Below, one piece after another: positions 7,563 through 13,944 of a DNA stretch of 13,944 nt. The stretch lies in assembly GCA_043228905.1 (NCBI GenBank), contig JBHGNT010000913.1, positions 1 to 13,944 on the forward strand, given 5' to 3'. Under the pieces are notes generated by a model. It was given only the letters and a program-made list of their open reading frames with translations. It searched no databases and had not been told where the DNA came from. The stretch comes from Azolla caroliniana. Its lineage: Eukaryota > Plantae > Polypodiophyta. Both the position numbers and the translations under genes were made by a program. The first letter of the stretch is position 1, and each line of letters begins with the position of its first letter.

Positions 7563-8714
7563 ATGGCCACCGTTAGCGCTGAAGAATATCAATCTGTTTT
7601 CTCAGAATTTCAATGCTTGAAGGAGAAGTTCCATGCTTTGGAACAAGAAAACCAACGGTTGCTGGGGGATCTTCAGCAAATCTCCTTAGAAAAGCAGCAA
7701 ACGCAACAACATCATGGGGAACTTGCGTTACGTGTGCAACAACTCGAAGCAACCATCGTAGCGATGCAACAACAAGGGCCCGGAACACAAGGGATTCATA
7801 AAGAACCCAAGATTGGTCTTCCCACGAAGTTCGATGGAACGCGATCGCAGTTTAGAGGGTTCCTTAACCAGGTATGATTAGTTATTCAAATGCATCCTTC
7901 CCGATATCCCACCGATGCATCACGAGTGGGTTTAGTAGGCACTTTGTTAAGTGGCTTAGCGTTGTCATGGTTCGCTCCACTATTAGAAAAGGAATCTCCG
8001 TTACTCAACAATTTTGAAGAGTTTCTAGGTGAGTTTAAAGCATGTTTCGGAGATACTGACAGCATCAGGACCGCAATCAACAAAATCCAGCGATTACGCC
8101 AAGGTGACCGTCTAGCCTCCGCATATGCTGCAGATTTTCGCCTACTCGCCGCTGATATCCCTTGGGATGATCAAGCGTTGATGGAGCAATTCCGTTATGG
8201 TTTACACAACGACGTCAAGGATTTACTCTTGACCTTCCCCGAAGAGCCAAAGTCCTTAATAGAAGCAATCAGTCGCGCGATGAGATGTGACAACCGCCTC
8301 TTTGAGGGACGTTCGAAACGACAGCTACAGATGCCGAGGGCAAGATCAGAGCCCACCTACGCCTCAGTGGTAGCAAGACCTTTTCCGAGGGAGTCATATA
8401 ATGCGCCTCCAGCGAATACTCCGACTCCGATGGAGATTGACACTACACGTCGTCGAGGGCCATTATCTGAAGAAGAAAAGCAGTGACGTCGTACAAATCG
8501 ACTATGTCTTTACTGCGGTGGACCAGGACATATCGCAATAAATTGCCCCCATAGGCCAAGAAGACAGGTAAACCAAATAGTCGCTAGTTCTAATTGTACT
8601 AAACCCGAGCCTATTTCAGTAGGGATATCTGATAGTCCTAATAGTACTAATATCCCAGATCTAGCAAACAAATTTGATGTCCTTAGTCAGTTAGAAGAAG
8701 AGTTAAACGACTAA
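7563..8714 (+). pseudogene. gag: Gypsy gag (383 codons, two internal TGA stops)
   Basis: Coiled-coil N-terminus, PTKFDGTRSQFRGFL, LRQG...YAADFRLL, PTPMEID, knuckle CLYCGGPGHIAINC at 8505-8546; stops at 7875 and 8484; natural TAA at 8712-8714. Confidence 0.93.
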
Positions 8715-8753
8715 GTCCAGCCAAAATAGGAGCCGTTTGGTTGGACAGCCCTA
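8702..8753 (+). other. Putative -1 programmed ribosomal frameshift signal
   Basis: G_TTA_AAC at 8702-8708, 6-nt spacer, stem 8715-8725/8736-8746; pol lies in the -1 frame relative to gag. Confidence 0.75.
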
Positions 8754-11700
8754 GATCTGTGCAGCCCATTAGTGGTTCCATTCCCTCTAATCAAGTTAGT
8801 GATGTGTTCGTAGCCCAAGTAATAGTTAGTACTAAAAGTACCCCTCTAGTACATGTCCTAACACTCCTAGATTTCGGAGCTAACTCTTGCTTTATGGATA
8901 AGAAATTTGCTCAAGCTCATAAGATATCCCTAAGAAAACTCCAGTGTCCAGCCTCTGTAGTAGTCATTGATGGACGTCCCATTGCTTCCGGAAATATCAT
9001 AGAAGAGTCAGAGCCCATTAATATTGTCCTAGATAACTTAGCATGTGTAGTATCATTTAATATTATTAGTATCCCAGAACATCCTATAGTTTTAGGATTA
9101 CTGTGGTTCGAGTTACATAACCCAGACATAGATTGGATAACAAGAGAAATCCAGTGTCGACAAACCCAAGGGTCAACTCAGAAGATGGCAACCATTTCGC
9201 TACGTTAGTTGCGTAAAGAAGGGCGCAAGGAGGAAATGTTCCTCTTTGCAATATCAGTAAACCCCTCCAGCACCACTAAAGAAGAATCCACTGTTCAACT
9301 TCTCGAGAAGTATCGTCATTACGCCGATTTGTTCGATAAAGTACAAGCCAACACACTTCCTCATCATTGACCGTACGATTGCCCCATCGATTTACAACCG
9401 GGAAAAGAGCCGCCATGGGGACCGATCTACAATTTGTCACCAACTAAGCTGGAAGTCCTTCGGGCCTATATAGAGGAGAATTTGGAAAATGGTTTCATTC
9501 GGCATTCGAAATCTCTAGCCGGCGCGCCCATTTTCTTCGTCAAGAAAAAGGATGGATCGCTTCGTCTCGTTGTAGATTACCGTGGCTTGAATAAGGTTAC
9601 AATCAGGAATAGGTATGCTCTTCCCCTTATCTCAAGTCTTTTAGAACGGATCAATGGTGCCAGGTTCTTCACGAAGATCGACTTACGGGGAGCATATAAC
9701 CTCGTACGGATCCGACCAGGAGACGAATGGAAGACCGCGTTTCGCACCAGATATGGGCACTTCGAGTATACGGTCATGCAGTTCGGCCTCACTAATGCGC
9801 CGGCAGTTTTCCAGCACATGGCTAATGTATATTCCGAGATCTATTGGATGATTGTTTGATCATCTATTTGGATGATCTACTGGTTTATTCAAAGACCCAA
9901 GAAGAACATGATTCTCATGTACTATTAGTACTAAAACGACTTCGAGAACATGGTCTGTATGCAAAGCTGGAAAAATGTAGTTTTGGGTGCAACCAAGTGG
10001 AATTTCTCGGCTACATCATTTCGTCAGAAGGCATCTCCATGGACCCAGCTAAGGTCAAAACGGTGGTAGAATGGCAGACTCCGCGTTCGGTGCGGGATGT
10101 GCAATGCTTCTTAGGCTTTGCCAATTTTTACCGGAAGTTCATACAAGATTACTCAAAGATCGTTCTACCTCTCACATAACTTACCAGGAAGGGACAACCG
10201 TTCATCTGGTCTGAAGAAACGGACATGGCTTTCGAGAGTCTTAAAAAAGCATTTACATCGGCTCCAATTCTAGCTCATGTCGATCCGGAAAAACCATTCA
10301 TTATCGAAGCTGACGCATCGGATTTTGCATTGGGGAGCATTCTGTCACAACAGGGGAATGATGAGAAGCTACATCCTGTGGCTTTTCACTCACGCAAGTT
10401 CGACGCCGCCGAAATCAACTACGAAATTCATGATAAGGAGCTATTGTCAATAGTGGATTCTTTTATGCAATGGAGGCATTTTCTGGAGGGATCCTCTCAT
10501 CCAGTCACCGTATTTAGTGACCACAAGAATCTTGCCTACTTTCAGGATGCTCGTGTGTTGAATCGACGTCAAGCTCGGTGGGCCCACTTCCTCACGCGTT
10601 TCGACTTTAAAATTACATATCGTCCGGGGAGGCACCAAGGGAAGGCAGATGCATTATCATGGCGTTCGTATCTAGCACCCCGTCCCGGCGAGCCAGCTTT
10701 CGATAACCAAAAACAAGTCATCTTGGGATCGGCACGACTACAAGCAACACAGATCTTTGACATGCCTATGGATTCCCGGGTTATCGATACCATACGTGAA
10801 GACTTGAAGACAGATGCGTTCGCCCAAGCTATACTAGCACAAATTGATCCCTCTCGAGCGTCGTGTTCACAGTTGCAACCACCAGGTACGGACTATCGGC
10901 AATTCAAATACCGTGATGGATTACTCTTCTTTAAAGAACTTTTGTATGTTCCTAATGGTTCTTGCCGCCTTCGAGTAGTACAAAACTGTCATGACACATA
11001 TACAGCTGGGCATTTTGGTAGTACTAAAACATTACATTTAGTACAACGAACATTCTGGTGGCCCTGTATGCGACAATTTGTCGAGGATTTTGTTCAGACT
11101 TGTGATACATGTTGCAGAGCAAAAATGCCAAGGCATCATCCATATGGTTTATTAGAACCATTACCAATTCCAATCAAGCCGTGGCAATCCATTGCTCTAG
11201 ACTTCATCACAGATCTTCCAGTCTCTAAGGGGTTCAATGCGATTCTAACGGTGGTCGATCGATATACGAAGATAGCTCATTTCTTGCTATGTACTAAGGA
11301 GATCTCCAGTGAAGACACTGCCGAAATTGTCATGCGTGAAGTATGTCGGCATCATGGACTTCTCGATAGTATCATCAGCGACTGTGGACCCCAGTTCGTG
11401 TCAAAATTCTGGAAGCACCTTTTTAACATGCTCAAGGTCACTTGTAACCTCTCCTCCGGCTACCACCCACAAACCGACGGCCAAGCTGAACGAACAAATC
11501 AAACGCTGGAGCAGTATCTGCGGTGCTTTCTCAACTATCATCAAGATGACTGGGCAAATATTCTCCACTTCGCCGAATTTGCCTATAACAACTCTATCCA
11601 CGCATCCACTAAAGTTACGCCATTTTATGCTTATACGGGATGTCACCCCCGGTGGAGTGTACTTGAAACCCTAGAGGTGTCCCCAAATCCGTGCGCGGAG

Positions 11701-12069
11701 GATCGTTTGGAGCAGTTACGCAAGATACAAGCGGATTTATCTACTCATCTCCAACAAGCTCAACAAACACACAAGGTCTACGCGGATCGTCATCGACTTC
11801 CATCCAATTTTAATATTGGAGATCGGGTGTGGCTACTACGACTACACATCAAAACTACTCGTCCATGTGAGAAGTTAGATTATCGGCGATTAGGTCCTTT
11901 CCGTATTATTGGACAGATTAATGATGTCGCTTTTCGTCTCGATCTACCTCCTCAACTTCGGATACATCCGGTGTTTCATAGTTCTCTCCTCGAACCCTAC
12001 CACGAGAGCACCATCCCAGGACGTCTTATCCAACCTCCACCCCCGATCGAGCTTGAAGAGGGGCCGGCG

Positions 12070-12216
12070 TACGAGGTTGCCGCCATCCTTGATTCCAAGA
12101 TTGTTCGCAACAAGCTCTACTATCTAGTCGATTGGCTAGGCTATAGCCCCAACGAACGTACTTGGGAACCGATCGAGAATGTGACCAATGCTCGTGCTCT
12201 TCTTGAAGACTTCCAT
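12070..12216 (+). other. Group I (classical) chromodomain at the integrase C-terminus
   Basis: YEVAAILDSK...YYLVDWLGYSPNERTWEPIENV...LLEDFH, with the three aromatic-cage positions (Y, W, Y) intact. Confidence 0.93.
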
Positions 12217-12276
12217 CGTCAATATCCACACAAACCAGGTTCTCAATCCAAGACGACTCGTGACACTCGTCGATTT

Positions 12277-12289
12277 AAAAGGGGGATAG
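12277..12289 (+). other. Gypsy polypurine tract
   Basis: AAAAGGGGGATAG directly before the 3' LTR. Confidence 0.9.
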
Positions 12290-12734
12290 TGTCATGATAT
12301 GGCAAGACTCGAACCCATGACCTTAGGTTATATGGGTCGAGCTCTTGACCATTACATCCTCTATTGTAATACGTAGGATATTATTTTCATTTACATTTTA
12401 TTATAGGAAATTAGTGTATATTCCAGATTTCTCTGGAACATTCTAGAAGCTTCAGGATTACTCCTGAAAACACTATAAAAGAGGGCACTAGGCATTATAT
12501 TGAACCAAATTGGTTCAACGCCAGTCTTAAGCCTTTTTAGCCACCATTGTATATTCTCTTCATATAATACATATCTTTCTTATCATCACTCTCTCGATCT
12601 CTCGATCTCTCGATCTCTCTCTTTCTCTCCGTCTCGCTCACTTCTTCCTTCTCTCGAAGAAGTTCCACACCTCTCATAGTACTAATCCTTCGTTTACTAC
12701 TAATTCCTTCTCTGTCTCAGTACTGTTCCTGACA
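12290..12734 (+). repeat. Gypsy 3' LTR (445 bp)
   Basis: By manual comparison it differs from the 5' LTR by one substitution (G7116/C12355) and one extra 8-bp CGATCTCT unit. Confidence 0.97.
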
Positions 12735-13026
12735 CATTCTTCCTGTCATATAGATGTGACAGCTTCTGCCACATCTCATAGGAATTTGTGTCATTTGCCA
12801 CATGATGAAGGACACTCACATCGACACACTGTCTGATGGTGGCTACCGCCTTTCTGTTCAGCAGTTTCCATTCAAACTCTAACAGCCGCGTGGGTATTTC
12901 TGCTCTATCGATGGGCTCATACATGTCTTTAACTATGAGAAGTTCTTCCATCTTTGTCTTTCAGTTTGCATAGTTCTGAGAGTTTAGGACTATCATACCT
13001 AGGAAGCCGCTAACACAGCCTTCCAT
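12735..13026 (-). pseudogene. Copia gag N-terminal part
   Basis: ATG at 13026: MEGCVSGFLGMIVLNSQNYAN*KTKMEELLIVKDMYEPI...WKLLNRKAVATIRQCVD...YEMWQKLSHLYDRKN; in frame with the segment left of 7051. Confidence 0.92.
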
Positions 13027-13039
13027 GCTTGCATCCCAA

Positions 13040-13051
13040 GCTCTAATACCA
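13040..13051 (-). other. Primer binding site, tRNA-iMet (1 mismatch)
   Basis: TGGTATTAGAGC on - strand, 3 nt from the LTR end at 13055. Confidence 0.9.
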
Positions 13052-13054
13052 GTT

Positions 13055-13308
13055 TGTAGAGATGGATCTTAAATCTCACTGAAGGATACATAGTTCAGAA
13101 TAGAAAACAGCAAATAGACAAAGATATACGATGCACACAGTTTTACGTGGAAACCCTAATTGGGGAAAACCACGGTGTCGTGAAGATTTCCGGCAACGGT
13201 GAGAAAATCGGGTACAACAAATAAAATGGGGATGTGCAACGACTTGCACATGCACATGAGAAAATGTGTATAGAAATAAGAAAGGGGAGGAATATTGGGC
13301 CTCCCACA
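13055..13308 (-). repeat. 5' LTR of truncated copia element (about 254 bp; outer boundary inferred)
   Basis: TGTAGAGA...CTCCCACA termini, adjacent to the PBS; no partner LTR in the window to confirm the outer end. Confidence 0.7.
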
Positions 13309-13450
13309 TTGTAACGTCCCTCTCTCCTTGAACTATAAAATGAGGTGAGGGGGCTCTTATTAAAGGGTCGCCCATTTTGAGTTAGGAGGGGGTACCACTT
13401 AGATCTAGGGTTTCCTTTTCCTCATTCCCCTTCTCTAGGGTTTGGTAGTT

Positions 13451-13483
13451 TTCTTCTTCTTCTTCTTCTTCTTCTTCTTCTTC
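13451..13483. repeat. (TTC)11 microsatellite
   Basis: Directly visible. Confidence 0.95.
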
Positions 13484-13652
13484 TTTTTCTTCTTTCATTA
13501 GGTTTCTTCTTGAGGTCTTTTGATGTTCTTCTTGAGTGGAGGTTTATTGTTCCGTTTTGGTTCTTCATCTTGTGAGAGTTCATGACCGACTTAGGGTTTC
13601 ATTTTTCTTCGTGTGACTTAGGGTTTATGCGTTTAGGGTTTAAGTGTTACTC

Positions 13653-13711
13653 TCTTCATCTTCATCTTCATCTTCATCTTCATCTTCATCTTCATCTTCA
13701 TCTTCATCTTC
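13653..13711. repeat. (TCTTCA)9+ hexanucleotide repeat
   Basis: Directly visible: nine full units plus a partial one. Confidence 0.95.
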
Positions 13712-13944
13712 TTTGTGTGAGAGTTTGGTTTTCATTTGGGGTTTCTACAATGGCGGCTCTTCGGCATTCCGGTCGCGACACATGGTGGCTCAGCTTCCTC
13801 TCCTCGATGGTGAGCGTTTCACGTGGCAGCTAGTTCGAGAAGGGATAGCAAAGTGGCATGGGAACACTCCATCGTCATCGTGCCTGACCAACTTGACTCG
13901 TCGTCGCCGATTCTCGTTTCCTAACATTGATTAGCAGATTGCTT

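Larger units (their letters stand above)
8702..12297 (+). pseudogene. pol: Gypsy pol: protease, RT, RNase H, integrase, chromodomain (3 stops, 1 frameshift)
   Basis: LLDFGAN protease site; [32 protein letters not shown] (9865-9876); RNase H EADASDFALG, YEIHDKELL, DHKNL; integrase GHFG...C--C, LDFI, ISD, GQAERTN, GPF; stops at 9206, 9368 and 10177; 1-bp deletion near 9828. Confidence 0.96.
7051..12734 (+). mobile_element. Structurally full-length Ty3/gypsy chromovirus (Tcn1/Tf1-like), 5684 bp, coding-defective
   Basis: Near-identical LTRs with TGTCA...TGACA termini, near-TSD CATTT (7046-7050)/CATTC (12735-12739), gag-PR-RT-RH-IN-chromodomain order, PPT. Confidence 0.97.
5800..13308 (-). mobile_element. 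Truncated Ty1/copia LTR retrotransposon (5' LTR, PBS, gag-PR-partial IN), split by a gypsy insertion; lacks RT, RNase H and 3' LTR
   Basis: LTR 13055-13308, PBS 13040-13051; gag reads through the gypsy insertion site (YDRKN|ALNKTSLMRKIVRLKY); domain order PR then IN. Confidence 0.9.
13334..13752 (+). promoter_or_regulatory. Promoter/5'UTR-like segment with TATA, five telo-boxes and pyrimidine tracts
   Basis: TATAAAA at 13334; TAGGGTTT at 13406, 13436, 13592, 13619 and 13634; ACAATGGCG start context at 13750. Confidence 0.4.

Noticed and set aside
7573-12229. Antisense and alternate-frame short ORFs within the gypsy element
   Set aside because: Shadow ORFs of gag and pol with no recognisable motifs.
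13590-13642. Interstitial telomere array
   Set aside because: Only dispersed single TTAGGGTTT units, not tandem TTTAGGG repeats.
13582-13745. Poly-HL and poly-S stretches in ORFs 13582 and 13644
   Set aside because: Artefacts of the (TCTTCA)n repeat.

Overview
This window is a gene-free nest of plant transposable elements, probably from a moss such as Physcomitrium. That taxon call is an inference from the plant tRNA-iMet PBSs, the TTTAGGG-type telo-boxes and a Tcn1-like chromovirus. From left to right: (i) an AT-rich flank with a 51-bp tandem repeat; (ii) a decayed L1-type LINE on + (ORF1 with a CCHC knuckle and the start of the ORF2 APE endonuclease), interrupted by a 2.28-kb deleted Ty1/copia element on - (1477-3756, carrying a foreign LTR-like block) and by a solo LTR (4928-5325); (iii) a short hAT-like terminal fragment; (iv) a truncated Ty1/copia element on - (about 5800-13308) whose gag is split by a structurally complete Ty3/gypsy chromovirus on + (7051-12734); (v) a telo-box/CT-rich promoter-like segment at the right end. 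The most notable signals are cis-elements of the chromovirus: a 10-unit in-phase heat-shock-element array against the LTR TATA box, a tRNA-independent self-priming PBS complementary to the predicted transcript 5' end, a G_TTA_AAC -1 frameshift site with an 11-bp stem and possible pseudoknot, an antisense tRNA-like A/B-box module in U3 that a second LTR also shows, and near-identical LTRs around a heavily mutated interior.
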